Source: Thermoproteota archaeon
Lineage (GTDB): Archaea; Thermoproteota; EX4484-205; JAAOZP01
Length of the DNA: 64,000 nucleotides
Direction: 5' to 3'
Assembly (NCBI GenBank): GCA_038848185.1
Contig: JAWCNV010000007.1
Coordinates: forward strand, 9,378 to 73,377
Below the pieces are notes generated by a model. The model saw nothing but the letters and a program-made list of their open reading frames with translations, was not told the origin of the DNA and did no database searches. Shown here piece by piece: positions 1 through 8,793 of the stretch; within the stretch, counting starts at the first letter, position 1, and each line of letters begins with the position of its first letter. Position numbers and translations under genes: made by a program.

Positions 1-206
1 TTCCCTATGCAGAATACACGGCCCGATTCGGTAGTTCTATACTTCTTGGCAACTCTACCCTTCTCCGTAACAGGTTCAAGATAGCCCCTCTTAACAAGCT
101 CTTTAAACTCCTTCTCGTTCACACGGCTTTTCCTCTGTATCTCCTTTTTAGAAACACCTTTACTATTATCAGCGAGAACTAGTGCAAGCAGTTGGAATTC
201 GTTCAG
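1..206 (-). CDS. partial (runs off window) winged-helix-like protein, probable CTG start
   Basis: Not in ORF track. Manual translation LNEFQLLALVLADNSKGVSKKEIQRKSRVNEKEFKELVKRGYLEPVTEKGRVAKKYRTTESGRVF resembles a wHTH (LVKRGYL...Y..TESG). In-frame TAA at 212-210 and SD GGTGA at 217-213 leave CTG at 206 as the start. Confidence 0.6.
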   Translation of the reverse strand, partial: MNEFQLLALVLADNSKGVSKKEIQRKSRVNEKEFKELVKRGYLEPVTEKGRVAKKYRTTESGRVFCIG

Positions 207-318
207 CCGTTATCACCCTGTTAAAATAGGCTCAGGTGATTTTTAAAGCTTCCCTATAAAAACAATTGCAAGCTTAAATATCGCAATATGAAGTTAAATC
301 AGATATCAGAAGCAGCAA

Positions 319-771
319 ATGAGAAGGAAAAAGTCATTAAAAGGGAAGATTAAAGTATCGTTTCCAAATATTAGGTTTGAATGTACGCTCTGTGAAAAAT
401 GCTGTATTCAAGATGACAAAAACAGGAGGCAGATAGTTCTGACCGGAAAAGACGTTGAGGAAATTTCAAGCAGGACGAGTCTTAAGACAGAGGATTTTGC
501 AAACGAAAACTCTAATGAAAAATATCCATTTATCATGAAGCTTGTGGAGGAGAGATGTTTCTTCCTAGAACCAAGTGGTAAATGCAGGATCTACTCGAGC
601 AGGCCGCTAGTATGCAGATTCTATCCTTTCGTCATGCATAAGTTTGATGGAAAATACGTGTTTCACGCAGACCCCTCTTGCCCCGGGCTGGGGAAAGGAG
701 AATATCTTGAACGGGAATATTTTGAGAAGCTTGTTGAGGAGGCGGAGAAACGCTTAGGAAAAGCTCATTAG
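319..771 (+). CDS. YkgJ/UPF0153 family cysteine-cluster (CxxCxxCC) protein
   Basis: FECTLCEKCC, CFFL, CRIYSSRPLVCRFYPF motifs. Confidence 0.85.
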   Translation: MRRKKSLKGKIKVSFPNIRFECTLCEKCCIQDDKNRRQIVLTGKDVEEISSRTSLKTEDFANENSNEKYPFIMKLVEERCFFLEPSGKCRIYSSRPLVCRFYPFVMHKFDGKYVFHADPSCPGLGKGEYLEREYFEKLVEEAEKRLGKAH

Positions 772-1343
772 ACTGTACGGGGAGCCCCGCAGTTAGGGCA
801 TTTCGACTCGCTCTCAGGGAAAACAGTCCCACAGTATTTGCATGAAACAGTTGTCGATAATGCTTTCGGAACCTGGGATGGGTGAGCAACCTGTATTTCG
901 ATTATTCTACTGTTCGCATCTGGACGCCCATCTACTGCAACAACTCCCTTCAGACTCCACGTTACAACTCTGTCAACACTTTTAAAGGAAGGTTGTGCCC
1001 CCGGCGGGATGGGGATTTTAAACTGGAAGCCTTGAATAAATCCTTCAGGTATATGCATCGCTCCAATAAGCTGAGGCTTGGCTGAGAAAAGTATTGCGGA
1101 CTCCCAAACCTGTTGATCAACCTCTTTTTTAAGAGCCTCGTTGTAAACCCTTCTTATTCTCCGCACCTGTTCAACGCATTCAAGCTCACACCTGATCTCG
1201 GTGCAATCAAACTCCTCTTGAGACTCAACTTGGACAACACCCTCCACAACATCGCCGAGGACGAATAATGGTTTCTTCAGGGTTACGGATACATTGGCCT
1301 TAGGAGGAGTAACCTTCTCCTTCAGCTTTCTGAATACGCTCAT
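768..1343 (-). CDS. arrestin-N/Spo0M-like beta-sandwich protein with C-terminal zinc ribbon
   Basis: GDVVEGVVQV, FQFKIPIPPGAQPSF, VTWSLKG pattern of the arrestin fold; CKYC...CPNCG. Confidence 0.65.
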   Translation of the reverse strand: MSVFRKLKEKVTPPKANVSVTLKKPLFVLGDVVEGVVQVESQEEFDCTEIRCELECVEQVRRIRRVYNEALKKEVDQQVWESAILFSAKPQLIGAMHIPEGFIQGFQFKIPIPPGAQPSFKSVDRVVTWSLKGVVAVDGRPDANSRIIEIQVAHPSQVPKALSTTVSCKYCGTVFPESESKCPNCGAPRTV

Positions 1344-1457
1344 CTTGAGTAAATGATTCTCTCGAAAGATTTAAACTTTAAAGTTCATAATTCCTCTTCC
1401 TTCGGAATGCTAGGCGAACCATCTCAGAAGTATTCTAATAGTTTCATGAAGGAAGAG

Positions 1458-2294
1458 TTAAATCAACCCGCATAGATATTTCGCTGCCCTAGCTACTTCA
1501 CCGTCGAGTTCAGAGCACTGTGTCGAATCGTTCAGGCTTTCGATAACGATGAAACCTTCGTAGCCTAAATCGTGCAGCGTTTTAAAGGTTTCATCTAGGT
1601 CGACATTTATGCTTCTGAGCCATTCCTTGTTTACAGGATCATTAACGTGGACAAGTTTCACTTTATCCCCGCATTTTTTAAGGTGTTGCATCAGGGTTTC
1701 GTCTTGTGGTCGCGCCATCGTGTTTCCAACCTCTAGGCAAAGACCTACTTTCTCCGAGCCGACATCCTCAAGAAAATCGATAATTGTTTCGGAAGTTTTG
1801 AAGTAATGGTTAACAAATTCCACAGCAATATTAACATCATATTTCTCAGCGGCATCTAAACATTCGTGGAAAAGATTTAGCGTCCACTTGTAGGTCTCGT
1901 CCATACTCATGTAAATGGGGATTGGAGAAATTCCATACATTACTGTTCCTCCTTTTAGCCGGGAAGCGATTTCAATAGCCTTCCTTAATCTATGGATGAT
2001 TAACTGTCTATCCTTTTCTTCCGGAAGGATCTCCAGCCCTGGGGAGAAAGTTGGTACGGTTATGCCCGAGGTCTTAAGGTTTAGTTCAGCCAGCCTATTA
2101 GCCAATAAATCTATTTCCTTCTCAGCCATATCCATGGGCCAAAACTCAAGAGGATATTCGCAAAAATCCACGTAGGATAATCCTGACTTTGCGATCCTGT
2201 TTAAGATTTGTGGAAGTGTGAAATTGAATGTTCTTCCAGGCCATCCATAACACTTCCAATATACGCGGGTCATGATTGAAGGCTTCATTGGCAT
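1458..2294 (-). CDS. sugar phosphate isomerase/epimerase (xylose-isomerase-like TIM barrel, IolE/AP-endonuclease-2 family)
   Basis: IAVEFVNH, LEVGN, VHVND, GYEGFIVIE metal-binding motifs. Confidence 0.8.
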   Translation of the reverse strand: MPMKPSIMTRVYWKCYGWPGRTFNFTLPQILNRIAKSGLSYVDFCEYPLEFWPMDMAEKEIDLLANRLAELNLKTSGITVPTFSPGLEILPEEKDRQLIIHRLRKAIEIASRLKGGTVMYGISPIPIYMSMDETYKWTLNLFHECLDAAEKYDVNIAVEFVNHYFKTSETIIDFLEDVGSEKVGLCLEVGNTMARPQDETLMQHLKKCGDKVKLVHVNDPVNKEWLRSINVDLDETFKTLHDLGYEGFIVIESLNDSTQCSELDGEVARAAKYLCGLI

Positions 2295-3382
2295 TAGAAT
2301 CTCCTCCTTTCAACCATTTCCAGCAGAGGATTCTCATCAACTTTTAGAGGAAGCGGGATGATTTCTCTCCGTCTTGCAGACTCATATATTGCCATAATTA
2401 CTTCAAGCGTTTTACGACCCTGCTCCCCGCTGCACGGATGCTCAACACCCTCCTCCATGCTTTTTATAAGTGCTTCAGCCTGAAGCCTAAATGGATCTGA
2501 TTCTTGCGTAACGCTACTAGCTTGCCAGTCCCTCTCGTTTTTCCCTCTATATTTTAGTGGCGGGTTCCCTCTTTCATCAACCTGAATCACACCATCTGAT
2601 CCATATACCTGTATGGCGCAGTAAGGAACGTTTTTCTTCCACCATCTAATCTTGTTGACACGATTCAAATCCTTGAAGAGGCTTTCCTGTGAAAAACCGA
2701 CCTCTCCAAGTCTAGGTCCGCCAGAGGAAACTTGAGATGTTTCTATGAATGCCCTTAACCCGTTTTCAAACTCCACGTATCCAATTGAAGCATCCTCAAC
2801 GTAATGCCCATATCGCCTTCGCTTCTCATATGCATCGATTTGCCCGAAAACCCAGTTTACTGTTTCATCATTGTTAATGAACCTTATTAAATCAATAAGG
2901 TGGGTTCCATCTGAAAGAAGGTCACCTACCGAGGCACCGTGAATCAACTCTGGTTCCCCTATTATTCCAGAGTTCAGCAGGTTTTTCGTCTCACTGTAGA
3001 TTTTTAGAAACCTTCTCATGTGGCCAATAGCCAATTTTGCACCAGTCTTTCTACACGCCATTATCATTCTGTCGGCTTCAGCTAGGTTCATCGCCATAGG
3101 TTTTTCACAGATTATTCCTTTAACTCCTTCTTCAGCAGCTCTTTCAGTCATCTCGCAATGGAATATTGGCCAAGTGCAGACACTCACAATGTCAAGCTTC
3201 TCTTTACGAAGCATTTCCCCGTAGTCCGTGTAAATGTTTTTAACGTTGTAGAGTTTACTGAATTCTTTGAGGCGAACCTGATCTATATCGGAGGCAGCTG
3301 TTATTTCTAAACCTAATTCAATGTATGCCTTTGCATGAGCATTCGCTATGCCTCCGCACCCAATTATTCCTGTTCTATACAT
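2294..3382 (-). CDS. Gfo/Idh/MocA family NAD(P)-dependent oxidoreductase
   Basis: GIIGCGGIA, CEKPMA, DGTHLID. Confidence 0.92.
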   Translation of the reverse strand: MYRTGIIGCGGIANAHAKAYIELGLEITAASDIDQVRLKEFSKLYNVKNIYTDYGEMLRKEKLDIVSVCTWPIFHCEMTERAAEEGVKGIICEKPMAMNLAEADRMIMACRKTGAKLAIGHMRRFLKIYSETKNLLNSGIIGEPELIHGASVGDLLSDGTHLIDLIRFINNDETVNWVFGQIDAYEKRRRYGHYVEDASIGYVEFENGLRAFIETSQVSSGGPRLGEVGFSQESLFKDLNRVNKIRWWKKNVPYCAIQVYGSDGVIQVDERGNPPLKYRGKNERDWQASSVTQESDPFRLQAEALIKSMEEGVEHPCSGEQGRKTLEVIMAIYESARRREIIPLPLKVDENPLLEMVERRRF

Positions 3383-3451
3383 GCTTATGACACTCGATGA
3401 AGCCGATTGTTTGATTTAAGTTTTAAACAAGGATTGAATGGGAAGGGTGCC

Positions 3452-4606
3452 TCACAAAGGTATAAGCAGTAAATTGGATAGAATCATTATTAATCCTCCT
3501 ATAAGAAACGGGAGATTGATATTCATCGAGCCGAAGTACCCTGCCATAAAGGGGCCTATAATATTCCCTATGGAGCTTATGAAGGAAACAATGTTATAAT
3601 CTCTCCCCCTAGTTTCATCTCCCGAATACCTTTGAATAAGGTAGTTTCTTAAAGTAAACCATACGGATGCTCCAAAAGGATCGTGGAGAAGCCATATGAA
3701 GGCAGAGGCCAGAAAACCTTCAGGAAGGGTAGCAAGGGCTGTAAACAATCCCTGCATGGTTGTAAACAATATGAGAAAAGACTTGTAGGAAAACCTCTTA
3801 GAACCCTTGATAATTCTGTCATTGTACAGCATTGGGATACCTAGGCTAAGTCTATGCACAGTCATCAGTACTGAGAGAACCTCGGGGGAAAGCGAAAATT
3901 TCTTTGAGAAGAACAGCGTCATAGTAAAATAGTGGGTGGCTGAAGACCCGGCTAATAGGACTATCCCTGAGAGAGACAGTATTTTAAGCTCCCTACTAAA
4001 CTTCTTCTCAACATTCCTTTCACCTCTAACTTTCAAAACCTTTTTCTCCCCAACTACCCTGTTTTCCTTAAAGAAGAGAGCGAGTATCAGAAAACCAATG
4101 ATTTGAAGAACACTTGAAATCGTGAATGCAGCTCGATAATCAAAAATGCTGACAAGCAGACCGGCGGAAATAAGGCCTATTGCCTGAGAGATAAACTCTA
4201 ACCCAGCTATTCTGGAGTAAGAGGAGATGAAGCTTTGACGATCCTGCTCATACACCATTGGAGTGAAGACAGCACCCCTAATTGCTACAGCAGAGTCAAA
4301 CATTGTTTTAACAATCGCTATCATAATAACCGAGTTGAAGAACGGGGTAAGTAAGTGTGAAAATCCTCCGAGCAATAGAGCGGAAATCATGAAAATCTTT
4401 CTACCGTACACATCGGATTTAGCCCCCAAGATGATGCTTAAAAAAGCAATAAACAGAGCAGATATTGTGAAGACATATCCAATATCAATAAGGGAAATCG
4501 AGAGAGAATCCATGTAAAGAGGAAGCAGGATCTCGTAGAGCCCAAAGGAGAAGCCGAAGAACCATGTAGAGATGGTTAGTGCGATTAGCCCTATCCTGTC
4601 AGCCAT
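3452..4606 (-). CDS. MFS transporter
   Basis: about 12 hydrophobic segments; motif A GAKSDVYGRK. Confidence 0.88.
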   Translation of the reverse strand: MADRIGLIALTISTWFFGFSFGLYEILLPLYMDSLSISLIDIGYVFTISALFIAFLSIILGAKSDVYGRKIFMISALLLGGFSHLLTPFFNSVIMIAIVKTMFDSAVAIRGAVFTPMVYEQDRQSFISSYSRIAGLEFISQAIGLISAGLLVSIFDYRAAFTISSVLQIIGFLILALFFKENRVVGEKKVLKVRGERNVEKKFSRELKILSLSGIVLLAGSSATHYFTMTLFFSKKFSLSPEVLSVLMTVHRLSLGIPMLYNDRIIKGSKRFSYKSFLILFTTMQGLFTALATLPEGFLASAFIWLLHDPFGASVWFTLRNYLIQRYSGDETRGRDYNIVSFISSIGNIIGPFMAGYFGSMNINLPFLIGGLIMILSNLLLIPL

Positions 4607-4692
4607 GAGCTCGTTGACAAGTGTTTAACCATCTTATAAGCATTAGTTTCAGATTCCCTAAAGTTTTAAAGCAACTCTTAGCTATAGGATTC

Positions 4693-5241
4693 ATGGCCAA
4701 GCAAGATAGGATTACAAAATATTTTGCTGAGCCAGGCCCAGAAAACACGGGTGACTTAATAAAGGCTGTTGCTGAAAGAATTAAGACGGGCGATGTTAAG
4801 AAAGTGGTTGTCGCAAGCACTTCTGGAGAAACAGGTCTTAAATTTGCTGAGGCTTTGAAAAGCAATGCTCAGGTTGTGGCGGTGTCGCACGAGAAGATGG
4901 TTCCTGAGCTTAAGGATAAGATAGTTAAACTGGGAGGAGTTGCCACTGACGGTACTCACCTACCGCTACACGGTAAAGGTATGGATGAGGTTAGAGACGC
5001 TTTCTATACTCTTGGTCAAGGATTTAAAGTAGCTGTAGAAGTAATACTGATAGCTGCAGATAAAGGCTTAGTGAAACCCTATGAGGATGTCATAGGGGTT
5101 GGCGGAAGTGGAGAAGGAGCTGACACAGCGATAGTAGCAAGAGCAACTCCTACAAAGGAAATCTTTAGTAGCGACAAGTCTAAGAGGCTCGAGGTAAGAG
5201 AGATAATTGCTATGCCGCTTAAGAAGAAATGGTGGGACTAG
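4693..5241 (+). CDS. pyruvate-kinase C-terminal alpha/beta domain protein (MTH1675/COG1751-like)
   Basis: YFAEPGPENT, VVASTSGETG, GQGFKVAVE, GADTA; ATG 4693 follows a TATA-like element. Confidence 0.8.
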   Translation: MAKQDRITKYFAEPGPENTGDLIKAVAERIKTGDVKKVVVASTSGETGLKFAEALKSNAQVVAVSHEKMVPELKDKIVKLGGVATDGTHLPLHGKGMDEVRDAFYTLGQGFKVAVEVILIAADKGLVKPYEDVIGVGGSGEGADTAIVARATPTKEIFSSDKSKRLEVREIIAMPLKKKWWD

Positions 5242-5262
5242 TAGAAAGGTAATAGAGAAGGA

Positions 5263-6582
5263 TTACGGCACAATCTTAGCTTCCGAATTTATTTTCCTCC
5301 AATATAATTCAAACAAAAGGCCCGAGGAACTAGTTTTTACTTCATCGATTAGACTTTTTTCAAGCTTCAATGATTTTTCGAAAGCGTTGTATGTGAGCTG
5401 CCTCAAATCCTTGAAAGAAGCATCCCCGTTTAAAAAGCGAGACCTCAATTCCTCCGCCTCTTTATGAAGCAAATTCTCTGTTGACTTGATCTGCTCACGT
5501 ATCTTTGAGAAGTACCGTTTAAAGGAACCGAGTGTTTTCCTACTCAATCTTTCATGAGTCCACCAGATTGAATCAGAATCGTAAAAACTTTTTGGAGTTA
5601 GTTTTAAATCCGGTAGACCAGCCTCCATGAAAACCGGTTTGTAAATACTTATGCAGGGTGTTGACGTAGCTGTAAACCAGTGGATAGGTGTTTTTTCAAA
5701 AAGCTGACCAATATAGGATGCTGAGGTTTGGGAGGGTCGTGTTAGGATGCCAGCATGCATGCAGACATCTCTCATAGAGCCTTTTGCAGGAGTAAAGTTT
5801 TCGCCAAGCCTGTGGCTCCTCATAATGTTCTTAACGAAAGCTATATCGATCTCTCCCATCTTTTGCTCTAGGCAACCCTGAGTGTAAGCATGCCTCTCCC
5901 TTCCTCTAGCAAAATGTGTGTAAAACCAGTCTGAATAACACTTTGAAAAATCAAAATCCCTATCATCTCTACACCACCCTTTTTCCACTGCATGTTCAAC
6001 AACGTTTTTTGAAGCAAGGTCCCACTTGTCTTTAATGGTTAAAGCGTTAGAAATACTCCTTACATTCCTAACCTTTTCTGCAACCCAGTATTTCCCAGCG
6101 GTTTCTAAAACCCAAGCCTCCCGGGGATCAGATATTATGAAGGAGTTATGGTAGTATGTTTTGCTTTTAAACCCGCAGTTACCGCCCTGACCATATTCCT
6201 CCAAGTATCTAATAATGAACTGAAGTGCCTCATACGAATCTCTACATCTCTCTAAGGCAAGCCTCAGTAGATCCATCCCGGTGAGACCGGTTTCAGATTT
6301 TCCTTCCTTGGTGAACACCGCCTCGTTTCCTATGGCCAATCCGAATTCGTTAACACCCATTTCAGCACCCCACATCCAGACAGGCCTCGAAATGATAATG
6401 GAATAGGTTTTCTTCACCTGTGGAACCTTAATGTAAGTGCAGTTAACAAATTCTTCATCATGCTCCATCCCAAGATAAAACTCCAGTGCTTGCGGCTCAT
6501 TAGGTTCTCTATCACTATTCTTAGCAAAAATCGTTACATTCTCTTTACTTGAGTTTTGCAATATTACTAAGGTGTCACACAT
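5263..6582 (-). CDS. C69 family dipeptidase (secernin-like Ntn hydrolase)
   Basis: N-terminal MCDT nucleophile, AKNSDREPNE, WGAEMGVNE, GMDLLRLALER. Confidence 0.92.
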   Translation of the reverse strand: MCDTLVILQNSSKENVTIFAKNSDREPNEPQALEFYLGMEHDEEFVNCTYIKVPQVKKTYSIIISRPVWMWGAEMGVNEFGLAIGNEAVFTKEGKSETGLTGMDLLRLALERCRDSYEALQFIIRYLEEYGQGGNCGFKSKTYYHNSFIISDPREAWVLETAGKYWVAEKVRNVRSISNALTIKDKWDLASKNVVEHAVEKGWCRDDRDFDFSKCYSDWFYTHFARGRERHAYTQGCLEQKMGEIDIAFVKNIMRSHRLGENFTPAKGSMRDVCMHAGILTRPSQTSASYIGQLFEKTPIHWFTATSTPCISIYKPVFMEAGLPDLKLTPKSFYDSDSIWWTHERLSRKTLGSFKRYFSKIREQIKSTENLLHKEAEELRSRFLNGDASFKDLRQLTYNAFEKSLKLEKSLIDEVKTSSSGLLFELYWRKINSEAKIVP

Positions 6583-6676
6583 GTTTTTAATAAAATGGAT
6601 CGTAGAAAATAAATCTTTCCAAGAGCTTAAGAATTAGAGAATGTAATAATGCTCCAATAATTGAAAAAAGAAAAAG

Positions 6677-7123
6677 TTAGTAGCTGCTTCCTGATTTTTC
6701 TAGCAAAAGCTCAAGCTCAGTTATGTGCTCCTGCTCATCCATTATGATGTGCCTAACCTCGTGTTCCAGCAGGAAATCGTAGTATCCTCTACCTCTCTCC
6801 TTTAAAATAGCATCATAGATTCTCCTGTAAGTGTCTACTGCCTCCTTCTCATCTTTCAGATTCTGTTCGAGTATCTCCTTAACAGTTTTAGCCGGATGGG
6901 TTTCAGCAATCCTCATGCTCGGGATTCCTCCAAGCATGCCTATTAGAGACCTAAACTTATCTTGATGAGTCTTTTCATCATTCGCGATTTCCTTCAGCCT
7001 CTCTATTATTGGTTCAGCATTCTCACCGTCAATAATCTCGGCATGACTCAGGTACTGAACATATGCAGCATGCTCAAGCTCAAGTGCATGGTTAAGCATT
7101 TTCAACAGCTCTTCCTTAGACAT
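6677..7123 (-). CDS. ferritin-like di-iron protein (bacterioferritin/rubrerythrin-type)
   Basis: E...Y..H, DEKTH, E...Y, DEQEH di-iron ligand pattern. Confidence 0.85.
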   Translation of the reverse strand: MSKEELLKMLNHALELEHAAYVQYLSHAEIIDGENAEPIIERLKEIANDEKTHQDKFRSLIGMLGGIPSMRIAETHPAKTVKEILEQNLKDEKEAVDTYRRIYDAILKERGRGYYDFLLEHEVRHIIMDEQEHITELELLLEKSGSSY

Positions 7124-7211
7124 TTTAAATCACCATTTTGGGAAGGAAACCCTTTTCTTATAAGCGTTTTCCGAAAATCCTTATAAACAAATCTTACCAG
7201 TAACTGTATAA

Positions 7212-7712
7212 TTGTCTAGCCCTAAGACAATAGAGAAGTCTGCCGGCTTCATAGTATTTATGGAGGAGGGCGGGAGGGCAAAGTATCTTTTTCTCAGAGT
7301 TGGCGGTAGGCTTGACTTTCCTAAGGGCAACATAGAGAAGGATGAGGATGAGCTTTCAGCAGCCCTAAGAGAGTTGAAGGAGGAGAGTGGGATAGCTAAA
7401 GTCAGGATAATCCCTGGATTTAGAAGAGTCTTAAATTATTACTACAGGAGGGGAGATGGGACGCTCGTCAGTAAGACGCTAATCCTATTCCTCGGGGAAG
7501 CCTTGGGAAAAGAGGTTTCAACTTCTTGGGAGCATGAGGGTTTCGAGTGGCTTAGCTTCGAGGATGCTGTTAAAAAGATCAAATACCATGGCTACAGGAA
7601 GATTTTGGAGGAGGCGGAAGAACACAGGGTTAAAATGGTCCAAGGAAGCTTGGAGCGATGGATAAACGGTGACACTGGCTTCCAAGCGTCTTCAGATAGA
7701 GGCGAAAAATAG
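7212..7712 (+). CDS. NUDIX hydrolase, Ap4A-hydrolase-like
   Basis: KGNIEKDEDELSAALRELKEESG Nudix box; EKSAG and EH..FEW motifs. Confidence 0.88.
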   Translation: MSSPKTIEKSAGFIVFMEEGGRAKYLFLRVGGRLDFPKGNIEKDEDELSAALRELKEESGIAKVRIIPGFRRVLNYYYRRGDGTLVSKTLILFLGEALGKEVSTSWEHEGFEWLSFEDAVKKIKYHGYRKILEEAEEHRVKMVQGSLERWINGDTGFQASSDRGEK

Positions 7713-8501
7713 TTTTCCATGTTCAAACAAGGCTTGCTCCACGTAACCCATGTTTCTAGCGTATTCAACTATAGAGTCATACCCGAAATCTATTTCGCTT
7801 AAACTGTGAGCATCTGTGCCTAAGGTAATAGGGATCTTCATAGATGCACATGCTTCGAAAACTCTTCTTGTAGGATATGCTTCATTCACAGGGTTTCTTA
7901 ACCCTTTGCTGGAAACCTCAACCGCTATTTTAAGCTCGCTCACTTTCTCCAGCACGCTTAACTCCTCTTTCTTTAAAGAATCCGATGGCTTAAACCCCCA
8001 ATTCCTAGCGACATCGAAGTGTGCAATAATATTGAACAATCCTGTTTCAACAGCCCTTCCAAGAAGCCTGAGGTACTTAACGTAGAAACCGTCGAAACCC
8101 TCTTCCTTAACAGCTGTTTCAAACGCTTTTCTGAACTTGGTGCAGTCTAAGCAGAGTTCCCCTATCCAGTGCACGCTTCCCATCAGAAAGTCGAAATCAT
8201 AGCTTCCCAGTATGTCTCTAAGAATTTTCTCTGAACCCGGAAAATAGTCGACCTCTAGACCAGCTTTTAATCTTAAAACTGGAAACTGTTTTCCAACTTC
8301 CCTAACCTCAGACAAGTATTCTCCAAGCTTAGAAGGCTCAATAGAATAATACAGCTTCTTCATAGAGCCTGGCCTTACCGCCAAGTGCTCCGTGAAAGCT
8401 ATCTCGTTAAAATCCTTTCTAATGGCTTCCTGCACATAGTCCTTGATGGTCGCTTTGCCGTCGCTGTAAGTGCTGTGAATATGGTAGTTCACTTTAACCA
8501 T
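7692..8501 (-). CDS. PHP-family histidinol-phosphatase (HisJ/HisK-type)
   Basis: NYHIHS, FTEH, GLEVDY, GSVH, AHFD, GTDAH; ATG 8501 fits promoter spacing better than TTG 8531. Confidence 0.85.
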   Translation of the reverse strand: MVKVNYHIHSTYSDGKATIKDYVQEAIRKDFNEIAFTEHLAVRPGSMKKLYYSIEPSKLGEYLSEVREVGKQFPVLRLKAGLEVDYFPGSEKILRDILGSYDFDFLMGSVHWIGELCLDCTKFRKAFETAVKEEGFDGFYVKYLRLLGRAVETGLFNIIAHFDVARNWGFKPSDSLKKEELSVLEKVSELKIAVEVSSKGLRNPVNEAYPTRRVFEACASMKIPITLGTDAHSLSEIDFGYDSIVEYARNMGYVEQALFEHGKLFFASI

Positions 8502-8612
8502 TCTTTCACAGGCATGCTTCGCCGCTTCCAATATTATTTAACGTTTTTCCCTCAGGGTCATCGTTGCTATTCAGAGTTATGCTTTGTTAGGAATACTCTT
8601 TTCCGAGCAATG

Positions 8613-8620
8613 TTTATAAA
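8613..8620 (+). promoter_or_regulatory. TATA box of thiamine ABC operon
   Basis: TTTATAAA about 25-30 nt upstream of the riboswitch 5' end. Confidence 0.6.
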
Positions 8621-8649
8621 CTGCTTATTTTTTAACCGGTCACAGTGGC

Positions 8650-8747
8650 GGTAGCAGGGGGAGCTGGGAAAACCGGCTGAGAGGATCCCTGATCGGGGTC
8701 GACCCCTTGAACCTGACCCGGGTAATACCGGCGTAGGGAATGCTACC
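8650..8747 (+). ncRNA. TPP (THI-box) riboswitch aptamer
   Basis: P1 GGTAGCA(8650-56)/TGCTACC(8741-47); GGGG/CCCC P2; GCTGG/CCGGC P3; CTGAGA; GACCC-TTGAACCTGA; CCGG-GTAATA-CCGG-CGTAGGGAA; lies directly upstream of a thiamine-type ABC transporter. Confidence 0.96.
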
Positions 8748-8793
8748 TGATGCTCCTTCTTCTACCGCCCCGTGTAAAAAGGAGGTGAAAAAG

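Noticed and set aside
8740..8793. Track's extended N-terminus of thiB (MLPDAPSS...), or a leader peptide
   Set aside because: The ATG is part of the riboswitch P1 junction; the strong SD points to ATG 8794
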